Shown here piece after piece: positions 9,950 to 23,119 of a stretch of 64,000 nt of DNA; the first letter of the stretch is position 1, and each line of letters begins with the position of its first letter. The notes below the pieces were generated by a model. The model was not told where the DNA came from. It searched no databases and saw nothing but the letters and a program-made list of their open reading frames with translations. The stretch lies in NCBI RefSeq assembly GCF_022045235.1, contig NW_027266319.1:12090001-12154000 (forward strand), given 5' to 3'. The translations under genes and the position numbers were made by a program. This DNA comes from Haliotis cracherodii. Taxonomy: Eukaryota.

Positions 9950-10385
9950 TTTTATGTGTGTATCTTCATCTGAAGGTTACTGATAAAACATTTCCATGTG
10001 CAATGTGGTGATAAGACGTTTAGGCAAGAGGTAAGCATCCCTTTAGGCACCAATTGTGCTCCCCTTCTTGATTATCTGTTTCTTTGTTCATATTAATCTT
10101 AATTTCTGCTCGGATTGGCAAAATCAACTCAAGGGAATGTGGCCAAGAAGTTTACCGTAAACGTTTGATACATCGAATTTTGTGCGTTTCAATAATTGTC
10201 AAATAGCGAATTTACTGAGATAAATCTACTCGCCTGAATTAGAAATAGATGAGACCAGTGAAACAGCGTTACCTTAAGAAGAGGGATGACTTCAACTTCC
10301 CATTAGTCAACATTCTCTTCATTATAAGCAATATACCAGCAGTTCCACCCTTTGGGGTCTACCATTCACAACGTTTGAGGTACAT
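9950..10385 (+). mobile_element. Degenerate Penelope-like element reverse transcriptase remnant
   Basis: Translates to TFRQEVSIPLGTNCAPLLDYLFLCSY* and KRDDFNFPLVNILFIISNIPAVPPFGVYHSQ, motifs typical of PLE-type RTs. Confidence 0.75.
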
Positions 10386-10849
10386 TTAATCGACTTTCAT
10401 TTACACAAGAAACGGTTAATTTCAATGTTTTGTATATTTTGGGATACTTTAGATTAGGGAGCAGGATGTCCAAGTGATCCAGCGCCACATTTCGATATGC
10501 AATGTTCCATCCCCAGTACATTCAAGGATCAACTTACTGATCTTTGATTGCCAGATTTGCCCTGATTCTGATCATTAGTTTGTCAACACCATACAAATGC
10601 TCGTTGATTCCTCCAAATTGGCACATGTGTTGTTTTTAGAGACACTTCGTTTCTGTATGCTAGTAGATAAACCACAATCATCTTGACAGATGAGATGAGA
10701 TGAGATTAACCTGTCGATAAATCTCAGGCTAGGTTCAAGAGTTAACATTATCGTGCGCAGCATTGTCCTGTTTTCGTTCATCGTTTATCTTCAGTAATAA
10801 GTTCATTTGTGTATAACATTTGTGTTTACGTCAGTAATAACATAACAGA

Positions 10850-11515
10850 TGTAGAAACTATGTTTAGTTTGCCGTAAATTACCTTCAGTTTGTATTCCGA
10901 TAACTGACTGCACAGAGCGACATGCCAGGTTACTAGGCCGCGCCATTTTGAATCATGATATCATCGATATTTGTGTTCCCTCGGTTACATTACAATTATT
11001 GCAAAAAGTGATGTATTTTAAGTTCCTTAACTTCTGTCAGTTTGTTAAGTTGTTATATTAGTCGTATGCTTTGTGGTATAAAATGATAACACAGTACATA
11101 TTCGTTCGATGACCAGCTGTGACGTCACAGTTTGTTTACTGTTAGAGACGATCAGCTGGTTGTGGCGTTGTGGTTGTTTTTTACGTTTAAGATCCCGTTA
11201 GATTGAGATCAGCTGTGAATGAATGTAGTCGCTTGATATTGTGAGTATGTCAGTAGCTTACCACACTGCCACACACTTATCTTTGTCACTGATTTAGCTC
11301 CTATATTGTATATTTATTGAATAATTTAATATATATATCCTTATTAATAGATATACTTGCTAGTTTGAGTTGTTGATTCGTGTAAATAAATTGATAGTGT
11401 TATTGTTGACAATGATATCCTGTTCTGTGTTTATTTGAACATGCAAACTGTGATACCATGTCCAGTTAATTGAAACCCCAAGATCCATCACAGTTTTTGG
11501 TGTCAGAAGTGGGAT
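10850..11515 (+). mobile_element. LTR retrotransposon remnant: putative 5' LTR and tRNA-Leu primer-binding site
   Basis: ...catcaCA (11,492) is followed by TGGTGTCAGAAGTGGGAT (11,498-11,515), complementary to a tRNA-Leu 3' end; AATAAA at ~11,385. The LTR start is tentative and no gag/pol follows. Confidence 0.7.
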
Positions 11516-11938
11516 ATCTTAGGAATGTTTTATGATAATTGTGTAAAAAAAAAAAATAATTATTTTTTGTTGTTGTTGAAATGTTGCCTTTTTAAATCTT
11601 ATCATATTTAATAGCTAATCATCACCAAGAATGTCCACCTTACTATCTCACGTCACATGCACCCATTGCACCCGCCGTGGAGAATGTAAGACCTATAAAG
11701 AGTAGTAATGAAACGATGGATAGTGTTGGCCACCAAGGGAATCCTATACAATCGTTCAGCGAAGGATGTGTGGGTGATCCTAATAGGCAGCCAAGTACAC
11801 TTACTGCACCTCAGCTTCGCTGGTCTAACCATCACGTACCCAATGACAACTCTCCTGATCCATCTACAAAGAGGAGTGAAATATATTGGCATATGATAAA
11901 CATGGGCACAAATCTCTTGCTAAACCTGAACAAATATT

Positions 11939-12168
11939 GTCTTCAGCAACCCATACTTGCTGTAAAAGGCGACTATGCTTGTCGTAAAAGGCGACTGACG
12001 GGATCGGGTAGTCAGGCTCGATGACTTGGTTGATACATGTCATCGATCCCAATTGCGTGGATCGATGCTCATGATATTAATCACTGAATTATCTGGTCCA
12101 GACTCGATTATTTACAGACCGCCGTCATATAGCTGCAATATTGCTGACCAAACCAACCAACCAACCAA
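11939..12168 (+). mobile_element. SINE-like family 1 (also ~41,483 and ~49,912)
   Basis: Family 1 body with a duplicated head hairpin and an (AACC)n tail. Confidence 0.8.
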
Positions 12169-12825
12169 GCATGATGAAAATCCTTTTGACATGGTTTGAA
12201 TTCCGAAAAATAAAATAACATTATTTGTCAAACAGTGACAAGACTGGCACGCTTATTTACTATTTCATTACCATCCGTGTCGGCTGGGATACATACAAAA
12301 TCACATGATATTCTAGTATATTTAGAATTGAGATAATTGCCTATACTCTAGATGTCATGCAAACTTTCACTTTTCGATCCAGTTGCCCCAAACTCAATTT
12401 TGCCGCTGCCATCGAGTCAGTAAAAAGGATCGATCAAGACGAGGCCTATTTGTGCATAGAGCATTCTTCTGATCACAATTCCAATTTTCACCTTTGATCC
12501 AAATTTGTTTGATATCATGTGCTGGCTACATAGGCGCTAAAACACTTATACAGGGACGAGGGTTGGGCTTATTGGCAGTTCTGGCAAATTTCAATTCCTT
12601 CAAACACTGCTTTGATTATCGGCCTCAAAGTTTTCTTTTGTAGTCTAGCAGCCCCACTTTAACACAGACAATTTCTTTTGTTTCATTCATGCCACTAATT
12701 ACAAAGGCTGAAGCTTGACTGATATGAGTTCTAGGCCATAGATCGCAGTCTCCCTTTAAAATTGATAAGGTTTCGGAGGGTCAACTTGAAAAAAAGGTTT
12801 CCAAGGGAATTTTGGGAATAATATA

Positions 12826-14370
12826 TACTCACACGCAAAAGAAACGCAAGTCAAGTATGCAGTATACATGTTATTTATTTTCAACAGTAAAGACAAGAAA
12901 TACTATGAGGGCAAGATTGACAAAAATTTGACTGAAGACAGTTTAATGGATTAAAAGACAGATGACATAATTGGGTTTTTTCAAATGTTAAGGGCTTACA
13001 CAGTTTCGGGTCAATACCCAAAACGTCAGTAAAAACATGGTGTGACCACCATTAGCATTGATCACTGCCACACATCTCCTGTACATTGAGTGGATCAGAC
13101 GATTTGTGAAGGCCCTAGGGATCCTCCTGCACACATCCAGAGCAGCTGTGCGTAGTTCATCGGCAGTTGTAGGGACTGGGCGCATATTGTGCAGATGCCT
13201 TTGAACCTCATCCCAAAAGTGTTCCATGGGGTTCAGATGAGGGCTGAGGGCTGGTCACAGTAGGACACGGATGTTGTGTTTTTGCAGAAAGGTCATGGTA
13301 GCTCTGGCAAAATGGGGACGAGCGTTGTCCTGCTGGAAAATGTGTTGTTGATGTTGTGCAAAAAGTGGAACAACGTGGGGTCTGATCACTTGGTCGATAT
13401 ACCGCTGAGCAGTGACGCCGTGTCCCCGACCTTGACCAACATTCAGAAGTCACATGGGTCCAAGTCTCGCATTAAGTCTAATTCCTGCCCATATCATGAC
13501 GCTAGGTCCACCCCATTTATCCCTTTCCACAACGTTTCTCTCAGGGAAACGATCACCTCAACGCCGCCAAATTCTGACTCTTCCGTCTGCATGGGAGACA
13601 CAAAAGCGATTTTCATCAGAGAAAATGACACGCCTCCACTCACGATGACGCCAATTGTGATGACCCTGTGCCCACTGAAGTCGTGCTTGTCGATGCCGTG
13701 GTTGGAGAACAGGACGACGTGCTGGTCGGCGACATCTGAGGTTGTTGGAACGGATACGTCGGATCACAGTGTCCCGGCTAATGTGTCGATTATGTGTTCC
13801 TATGGTCTGTCGAGCACTTTCACTTGCAGCTAGGAACGGATGACGCTGGTGTTGACGGGTAATCTGCCGATCATGTCGAGGTGTGGTGACCCTAGGACGA
13901 CCGCTCCGAGGAAGGTCATCTGTGGTCTGTGTAGCATTGTATCGATGCAGGAGACGGTAAATTGTGGGTATGTTAACGTTGAAATGACGGGCAACATCTT
14001 CGACAGACTCTCCAGCTTCCAAACGTCCGATAGCCTGGTTTTTCTGAATTTGAGTAAGGCGTGGCATTGTTGACCAAGGAGTGGTTGGTCCAAGAATCGG
14101 CAACAGTTCTATACCCAATACAGTTCGTGACAGTTCGTGCATTTCCGATTTCGCGAGAAATGGGTGCATGATACCCACATATTCATTGAAATGGTGCGTT
14201 TTGGAGATTCGTTTTTTATGTTGCGTTTTTACTCGGGGCTTCCAAAATGCAACCAAAAATATTGATAACACCATCAGGCTTCACTACATGCTAAAACTCG
14301 TATCAATTTATGGTTCCGTGTTTGTTACCTATTAGCTTAAAGCAACTTGCGTTTCTTTTGCGTGTGAGTA
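12826..14370 (-). mobile_element. Tc1/mariner transposon, family B, with both TIRs; transposase disrupted
   Basis: Perfect 26-bp TIRs (tactcacacgcaaaagaaacgcaagt / acttgcgtttcttttgcgtgtgagta) flanked by TA. MPRLTQIQKNQAIG HTH, RSGRPR, VIFSDENRF, QQDNARPH and EHFWD motifs; stop after IWRR. Confidence 0.93.
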
Positions 14371-14462
14371 TACAATAATATGTTTTTATCCGTACAATTA
14401 TATTTCTTGTTTTCTTTTTCTGTCGATCTGCTGAATTCAATGCCTGTTTATGGCTGGAAATA

Positions 14463-14841
14463 TGAGTGAGTGAGTGAGTAAAAACTGTACATCGCATCGG
14501 CAATATTTTAGCCATATCGTGATCAGAACAAGGTAGTTACACAAATTAAAGTGAGTCAGTGAGTTACAATTTTAAGTCATATCGGCAATATTTTAGCCAT
14601 ATTGTGACTATCACGGGTTAAACAAAATAAAAACATTGAGACTATTATAAAATCCTGCTAACGAAGGACAGTTAAATAACTAGACATATCACAGAAAACG
14701 ATTTAAAATAAAATGGACAGCACTGTACATAGAAATACGTGATAAAACGGACTATAGATCGCCAGCAATTGAAGGTAGATCACCATACTGGGAACCATGG
14801 GGACTTACAGTACTGTTGCTACCTGCATGGACCCCACCAGC
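14463..14841 (-). mobile_element. Independent, diverged 3' UTR fragment of the same LINE family (duplicated at ~52,337-52,708)
   Basis: The reverse complement matches ccatgcagg..gtactgtaagtccccatgg..ctaccttca.ttgctggcgatcta of the + strand LINE 3' UTR and ends in (CACT)n. Confidence 0.7.
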
Positions 14842-15710
14842 AACACCACATCGTCTTTAAACATGTATCATTAATGGCAGTTCTCCAATTCTTAATAAAT
14901 TCGTCTATATATTCACGAACCGTGAATGTATATAGATAATACTCAAATGCTAGAAGTGATTTATATTCTGGATACAGACATACTAGTAGTTTATTTGATT
15001 TACCCAAAAATGGAATACAGCTCTTAATCTCTGTACAAAGTGTAATTAAAATAATATTATCACCAATTTCTCGTGTGATTCATTCAAGGTCATAACTCTT
15101 TTTTACATTTGAAACCCACGTTGCGCGATTACATTGATGTAAAGATCCACATAGCAGATAACATTATATATCTGTTATTAGACACTGACAACAATTTCAA
15201 CCAACAATCTCTTGTGATAGTCAGCAAAACAACCGTATCTACCACATTCACCAAGTACAGCCACATGTTTACCTACACCTTTAGCATACTTGAACACTTT
15301 TATAAGAAAACACTCGATATATTTTAGAATATCACCACTTGAAATTTATTTAATATGTGTATCAACATTTTGTAACAGATGGTGAAACATTCTGTAACTT
15401 GAAGTGTAACTGTTTAACATTACCTCCAACTTAATTAGCTTTAAGAATAAGACCACATTTATAAAACCTATTTGAGGACAGTAACTCAAGATAATTATAG
15501 TACGTAGATCTTTTTACATGTTCATTTCCACACATCCATTTTGCAGTGCTTCCAAGTGTACCACCATTCCGAAAAGTAAGATTTCTGTCTTATCTACATT
15601 AATTTGTAAGCCCTATCTAATCCTAATTTCTTTGAGAACATTGCATTTCTATATTATACCAATAACTGTCATCAAAGGGTCTTCTGCATATAACAATAAC
15701 AATAAATCTA

Positions 15711-15956
15711 GTTTGTTTTGGTTTGTTTGTTGTTTAACGCCGCACTCAGCAATATTCCAGCTATATGACGGCGGTCTGTAAATAATCGAGTCTGTACCAG
15801 ACAATCCAGTGATTGACATCAAGAGCATCGATCTACGCAATTGGGATACGATGACATTCATCAACCAATTCAGCGAGCCTGACCACCCGATCCTGTTAGT
15901 CGCCTTTCACGGCAAGCATAGGTTACTGAAGACCTATTCTACCCAGGATCTTCACG
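15711..15956 (-). mobile_element. SINE-like family 1, near full length (also ~53,599)
   Basis: Reverse complement of the family 1 head, body and tail. Confidence 0.82.
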
Positions 15957-15959
15957 ACT

Positions 15960-16285
15960 TTTGAAGATACTTTTGAGATACAATCGAGCATGCTCTTTCT
16001 AATAAGATTTCAAAGATCGTCATACAACTCTTGCTCAGAAGTTGTTTTATCAAGGTTACACCATTCAAGGCCTCAGAAAGCTTTTAAAAAAATTGGTATG
16101 GTGCACGCAAATTTAACGCATCGATGAAAACATATGTCCGATGCAATTCCTTATTTTCATTTGTAGCAAATCTTCGCGTTTTGTTTTTCCGGTGAACAAT
16201 TGACTTGCCTTTTCAGGTGTTTGTGACGGTTGCCAGCGACAACAGTATGCTTACCTTTTCGCGAACAACTGGTATCCTCACAAAT
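15960..16285 (+). mobile_element. 3' fragment of a Penelope-like element (duplicated at ~53,847-54,175)
   Basis: LRYNRACSF*..FKDRHTTLAQKLFYQGY resembles the PLE RT C-terminal region. Confidence 0.55.
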
Positions 16286-17177
16286 TCATAGTGATTCATG
16301 AACACATGTACACCACATACTATTAGTCGGATTCTCTCACAGTCGACTATGTTTTTGACAGAATTTTTTCTTATGAATATGGAAAGGATTTAGTCGCTTT
16401 TATAAAATACAATTTAATCTCCAAAATGAAAACTAACCTTTCCTCCTGTGACATGCAGTTCAAAGAGGCTACATGGTCACTTAATGAGTTTCACCAAGCT
16501 AAAAAGAAAACAGTCATATGATAAACACCTTTAACACCTAATCCAGAACGAGCCAATATTTAGTTTTACTAAACCAGAATAAGTTTAAGAAGGCGATAAA
16601 AAATACGAGTTGAAATACCTCACGAATGTACTAGACCTGAATGTCAACATAGCTGACATTACAACCAAACTGCAAAACAACTGAAAAACACTACCACCAA
16701 CACAACAACATTTTTATATTGCTTCAGACCTTTATACTTTATATTTCAGTTTCAAGAAACAATTAAGTGAGTTGTGACGCTACTTTAACAGAATTTGTGT
16801 TATATAACTGTGTGTCAGCATAATATGGGGAAAATGCCTGCTGTGGTAATGGTCAAAGACGTTTACCACTTTGGTGAAGTCCACGAACATGGGGATGATG
16901 CTGACAGACCTAGAAACCTAATCCATGATTCAAACCCACGGTCATATATTTCTGGCGTGTCCATGGAAAGCAACTCGACACAGCGAATACCGGCGCCTTA
17001 GACGACTGTGTCCCTCAGGCCACCACGAAACAAACAACCCCATTACCCAATGACACCAATAAGTAAGGATGTTTCTGATAATACAACGAAACCTTTAATA
17101 CTTGATGCAAAATCGCTCTGCTATACAATCACTGATGATTAAAACGCTGTGATCTGATACTGACGACGATATATAAT

Positions 17178-19428
17178 TGTATACAATTTTGCAGAAAATA
17201 CAAACCTCATAAAGACCCTGATTTGGTTTTAGAAAGCACTCCTATTAAAGGTGTAAAAGAGGTTCTTGGGTATTATTGTTTATCTCCATTTAACCTTTTT
17301 ACCACACATAAAACATTTGAAAAATAAATGCCTGAAGGCACTTGACCTTCTGAAAGTCGTTTCAAGTTCAAAGTGTACAGGGCACTCACTTATACGCTCT
17401 AAACTGGATTATGGCTTCATCATCTATGGGGGACTCTGTAAAAGTAATTTAAAAGTATTAGATAGTATTCATCAGGCTTTGCCTCGGAGCCTTCAGAACA
17501 TTCCCTCTTAATAGCCTGTATGTGGAAGCTGATGACCCATCGCTAAAAACAACGTTGCATTAAATCATCTTTACAGTATATTTCTAAGCTGCATTCTGAT
17601 CATTCTAATCCAGCCTACGAATGTGTTTTTAATCCTCCATATAAAGAACAAAAATACATCTCTTACTTCACCCCTAGGAATCAGAATACAATCTCATATT
17701 TCTGCTTCTCAAATTAATCTTGAAAATATAGCCCCAGCCAAACTCCTGTCTTCACCACCATGGCAGTTGGTAAAGCCAGTGGTGGATACAACATTAATTA
17801 AACTAAAGAAATCTGATACAAATCAACTAATTTATCAACAACAATACAATGAATTACGAAGCACATATGATGCTTACAAATCTATATTTACAGATGGATC
17901 CAAGGATGGTGACGCAGTTGCCAGTGCCACCTTCATTGGATCCAGGACTATTTCGTCAAGACTACCGGATAATTGTTCCATTTTTACAGCTGAATCACAT
18001 ACTATATCAACAACACTAGAGTACATTTGTAAACAATCGAAACATAAACAATTTATTATAGTTTCAGATTCTTTATCCTGTCTTCAGACAATACAAAATC
18101 AGTCTTGCAAACATCCACTTTTAATCAAAATCCTTGAATTATAAAATGATCTTGCTACTGGCCAATACGACATCGTCTTTCGTTGGTTACCCAGCCATGT
18201 TGGAGTCATTGGTAACACAATGATCGATGCGTCTGCAAAAGCACCTCTTTACACATCCGTGACACCACTTTTAATTCCATACAGTGATTATAAACCTGTG
18301 ATCAGATGCTACATCCGAGATCTTATGCAACAGAAATGGGACACCCAAGTAGGTATCAACAAATTACATGAAATTAAACCAAATATCGGTTACACCTACT
18401 TGGGTTGTCAGTCCAGACTTGAAGAGGTAATTTTACGACTATGTCGTATTGGCTATAGTAGATATACTCACGAATATTTATTGAAAGGTGCAGATCGTCC
18501 ATTTTGTATCCCTTGTGATGAGAGAAAATCACGGTCAAGCATGTCCTGCTTGACTGTATTGATTTTGCCATCACAAGGGATAACTATTTCACATCATCAT
18601 CTCTCAAAGATCTTTTTAATAATATTACTTCTCTTTTAATTATTGGGTTTTTAAAAGAAATAGAATTGTATAATAATTTTTGATAATGTCTTGTATAAAA
18701 TAAATGATCTTTTAAAATTGGTAGAATGAATTTATATCTGAGTTTGTTACTGACTGTATCCTCAAAAGGGGGTTGACGTAGTGAAAAATAATTGTCCCCC
18801 TGAGAGGATATCGTAAGTCCATGTCATTCAAAGAATATTTCTGCTTATTACTCCTTTAAACGTAGAATATTTGTAATTTTATTTGTTGCTAACTTTGCGT
18901 ACAATCGCCAGGTGCTGAACGAATGATGTAAATCCTGCTGGGTTCCATGCAGGTTGCAAAGGTACTGTAAGTCCCCATGGTCCCCCCGACCCGTGAAGAT
19001 CCGGGGTAGAATAGGTCTTCAGCAACCCATGCTTGCCGTAAAAGGCGACTAACGGGATCGGGTGGTCAGGCTCGCTGACTTGGTTGATGCATGTTATCGA
19101 TCCCAATTGCGTGGATCGATGTTCATGATGTAAATCACTGGATTGTCTGGTCCAGACTCGATTATTTACAGATCGCCGTCATATAGCTGGAATATTGCTG
19201 AGTGCGGCGTAAAACAACAACCAAACCAAACCAAAACCCCATGGTCCTCAGAATGGTGGTCTACCTTCAGTTGCTGGCGATCTAGAGCCCGTTTTTATCT
19301 TGTATTGTAACGTATAGTGCCATCCTTTTTTTATGATTCCATACTAGTTTGATATCTTTTTCTGTGAGAAGTCTAGTTATTTTACTGTCATTTGTTGGCA
19401 GGTTTTTCAAATGTTCACTCACTCACTC
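17178..19428 (+). mobile_element. 5'-truncated, degenerate non-LTR retrotransposon (I-group/Nimb-like; RT thumb, RNase H, CCHC)
   Basis: LTFLPHIKHLKNKCLKALDLLKVV and SLIRSKLDYG (RT C-terminus); IFTDGSK, SIFTAE, SDSLS, WLPSHVG (RNase H); CIPCDE zinc knuckle. Frameshifts and a stop at 18,142-18,144. Confidence 0.85.
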
Positions 19429-19916
19429 CTAACATATACGATTAAACATGGTTATTAGAAGTAGTTTTGTAAAAGCTAAATTCATTATTGCTTTAGCAAA
19501 TAACAATGATGGTTCAACATACACTCACATGAATATTCAAAGCGTTAACAAATGTGTTCCATGCAATAAGATGACATAATTATAACATAACGTGATTGTA
19601 TTCATGTCTTACAATCGTACAAACCACTCTGCTTTAAGCACAGAAGTTTTGTTGCTTTTATTTACATATACAATGTCCGAACATCGATAGTGTAATGACA
19701 TTCAAGTGTTATGTTGGGGCGCAGCATCATATTGACAAAGCTATTCAGATGGTGATTGTGAAATTCAGATAATGACTAAACGGTTTCTCTTGGATACGAA
19801 CAATACCTTTGTAATACTATACATCATTTCTAATATTGAGTCTCAGCGTGTGGCCGTTTCCATTGCAGTTGTGCTGTTTCTTATTCGACGTTAACCACAC
19901 TGACATAGTCTTGGAA

Positions 19917-21122
19917 ATGTTTGACTTGCACAGATGTGTCCTTATCCTTCTTCTCTGTCACCTGACAATTGGCTCTGTTTCTTACAAAGAGAAAGATTTT
20001 CTGGACAATCTCACCTTGAACTATGACCCCAAGATCCGTCCCGTGTTAGATGGTTCCAATACGATGGTGGGTATCACAATGGGATTGTCCACAATTTTAT
20101 CTCTGGATGAAAAACAGGAAGTGCTCAGCTTTAAAGCATGGGTTTTAATGACATGGAAGGACCAACTTTTGGTGTGGAACATGACAGATGGCATTCCCGA
20201 TACAGTGGCTATACCCTTGGTTGATGTATGGTCACCAACCATTATGAATCTTAACTCTGTGACAAACTTGAGGTATTTGAAAGATAATACGGATACTGTG
20301 CTTGTCTTTCGGGATGGAACAGTTATGTATTCCTACACAGGTAGGTTTGACATTGGATGCAAGGTGAATATCCAACAGTTTCCTTTTGATCCTCAGTCAT
20401 GTACTTTTCACTTGCAAACATTCTATGCCCCTGTAACTAAGGAATATCTTCAAGTACAAGACAGGCATTTAAATCTAGAAACATATAAGGAAAGCGGAGA
20501 ATTTCACCTTCTCAGTGCATCAATGGCACTACGGGAATACAAGACTCTCGGTGTGAGCAGTGACTGGATTGAAGTGACCTTAGTCCTGCAGAGACGAACT
20601 ATGTTCTACATCCTAAACAACATCCTGCCTGTTGTGTTCCTGTCTTTTCTCAACACCTTTGCCTTCCTGTTGCCCGAGGAGAGCGGAGAGAAGATATCCT
20701 TGTGTGTCTCCATCCTGTTGTCATATGCCATGTTCCTCACCCTCATCAACTCCTACCTACCAGCAAACTCCGACCACCTGTGTTTCTTTAGTGTCTATGT
20801 CACCCTGCTCGTGTTAATCAGTACGCTCACGTGCCTTGTCACAATCTTCATGTTCGTACTTAACACTCGTCTTCAAAGGGGCAAAGTTTGTCCAAGATGG
20901 CTGCCACTAGCTTGGGGATCAGACAGCAAAGTTGGGACCACTGAACCACGGGTTGAGATTGAAGGCGTGGCTCCAAACCAATCAGATGATAAGGAGAAAG
21001 CAAACAAGACGACAGACATGAAGGATTTGATAATGACCAGGTGTAACAAGGTAGCATTTGGGACTTTCTTCACACTCACAATTCTCATTAACCTGATATA
21101 TTTCATCAGCGTATCTCTATGA
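19917..21122 (+). CDS. Atypical nAChR-like Cys-loop subunit, subtype A (copy A2)
   Basis: Near-identical to A1 (offset 18,612 bp); intact ORF; FPFDPQ variant. Track start is TTG 19836. Confidence 0.93.
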   Translation: MFDLHRCVLILLLCHLTIGSVSYKEKDFLDNLTLNYDPKIRPVLDGSNTMVGITMGLSTILSLDEKQEVLSFKAWVLMTWKDQLLVWNMTDGIPDTVAIPLVDVWSPTIMNLNSVTNLRYLKDNTDTVLVFRDGTVMYSYTGRFDIGCKVNIQQFPFDPQSCTFHLQTFYAPVTKEYLQVQDRHLNLETYKESGEFHLLSASMALREYKTLGVSSDWIEVTLVLQRRTMFYILNNILPVVFLSFLNTFAFLLPEESGEKISLCVSILLSYAMFLTLINSYLPANSDHLCFFSVYVTLLVLISTLTCLVTIFMFVLNTRLQRGKVCPRWLPLAWGSDSKVGTTEPRVEIEGVAPNQSDDKEKANKTTDMKDLIMTRCNKVAFGTFFTLTILINLIYFISVSL

Positions 21123-21584
21123 AGAACATCATTCACTGATATGGCTTAATATGAACTGTGAGGGCTAAGAAAACTAACTTTTACTACTTTTACTTTTAGC
21201 TTGTAGGCTCCTGGAGACAACCGGGAAAAAGAATATATTCGATTGGTTGGTAGATGTATATTTTGACATATCTTGTGTGTGTTTTGGGGCATCAGTCACA
21301 ATATAATAGGAGATGCCATATTGTGACCTTTTGGTGTGAACAATTGACTTGTGTTTGATATCTTTAGAATGGAAAGAGTTTTTGCCACGTTTATTTGCAT
21401 TCGTTCATCCTAACTTCACAGTAGGGAAGGCTGGCATGATATTCGGGTGATGATTATTATAATCCTACATTCAGCCGGGGAATAACACACAGTATAACAT
21501 ACGAGGTAAGTATTACTGATCAGGTGGGGATAGAGACCAATGACGAACTTCCATTTGAACTGTATTCAGTCAGTTTATAAATTA

Positions 21585-22808
21585 TACTCTCCAAAAAAAG
21601 AAACGCAAAATTGATAGTTTGGGTCATAAAAGCAAAATAAGCGGACCAAGAGGGGCAAAATGAAGATGTTTAATGTGTTTAGTGTCAGTGACAAATTTCC
21701 TAGATCAAAATGATCATAACAAGGACATGCAAACCATTAGTCGTGAAACACGTACGATTCGGAAAAACGCACCCAGTGCATTAATAAAAGGGCCATGGAG
21801 CTGCACGTCCTGCAAGTGCAGCAGCACTATTAAAATGCAGGATTATTTATTGCCTAGCATCTGCGTCAGTCGTACAGTGACACTTTTACAACATGCCAAG
21901 ATTAACAGAAGTGCAAAGAAACAACGTCTTTGGTGCAGGCAGGGGAATCCAGATCAGTTGCAGCCAGGGTTTTCAATGAACAAGGCTATGAGATCGGTTT
22001 TAACAACATGGGTCAACACGTGATCGGCCAAGGTCGGGACGACCAAGAGTAACCACCCCCGCTCAAGATCGTTACATCTGACTGCGCTAAAGGACGACCA
22101 CAGCGACCTCAACCGCATCCCAAATACCCGAACTGCGCAGAATCTCCGACCAGACCTTACGGTACCGTTTAAGAGCAGCAGGTCTACGAGCAAGACGTCC
22201 TGTTCGACGTGTCATATTCAGTCGACACCACTGTCAACAACGACTGCATTGGTGTCGTCAACACACGATATGGCCTCAACTGCAATGGAGAGATGTCTGG
22301 TTCAGTGACGAATCAAGATTTCTCCACCGTCGAGGGGATGGAAGAGCACGGGTCTATAGACGTCGGGGAGAACGTTACGCCGGAAGCTGCGTACAGGAAG
22401 TGGACAGGTTTGGTGGGGGTAGCGTCATAACGTGGGCGGCATTCTCTCATCATGGCAGGACAGGTTTGATCCATAGCCAGGGCTACACAACAACAACGTT
22501 TATGTTCTCCCCTGGCCCTCCTGATCCCTGGATTTGAACCCGATAGAGCACCTGTGGGATTAATTGGATAGACGGCTATGCCGACTTCAACAACAACCCT
22601 AGACGTTGCAGCAGTTAGCTTTAGCGTTGCAGGCCGAGTGGGCTACTATTCCCAAGGATGTGATTCGCATACTTGTCTCTTCCATGGGCAGATGCCAGGC
22701 CACTATAGATTCCAACGGGGGACATACACGTTATTGATGGTAGCTGACCTTCACCCTGGACATTTCCTGTACCGATAACTGAGATGACTACAATCACGAA
22801 GTGTTCTC
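21585..22808 (+). mobile_element. Tc1 family A copy
   Basis: Co-duplicated copy of 2,973-4,199. Confidence 0.85.
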
Positions 22809-23119
22809 GACCCGTGAAGATCCGGGCTAGAATAGGTCTTCAGCAACCCTTGCTTGACGTAAAAGGTGACTGTGCTTGACGTAAAAGGCGACTAACGGGA
22901 TCGGGTTGCCAGGCTCGCTGACTTGGTCGATGCATGTCATCGATCCCAAATGCGTGGATGGATGCTTGTGATATTAATCACTGGATTGTCTGTTCCAGAC
23001 TCGATTATTTACAGACCGCCGTCATATAGTTGGAATATTGCTGAGTGCGGCGTTAAACAACAAACCAACCAAACAAGTGTTCTCTCTACAACATTTTGGC
23101 TCAATACCAAAAATGTATT

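Noticed and set aside
13558-14274. Active Tc1 transposase
   Set aside because: A premature stop and frameshifts or deletions disrupt both TIR-complete copies.
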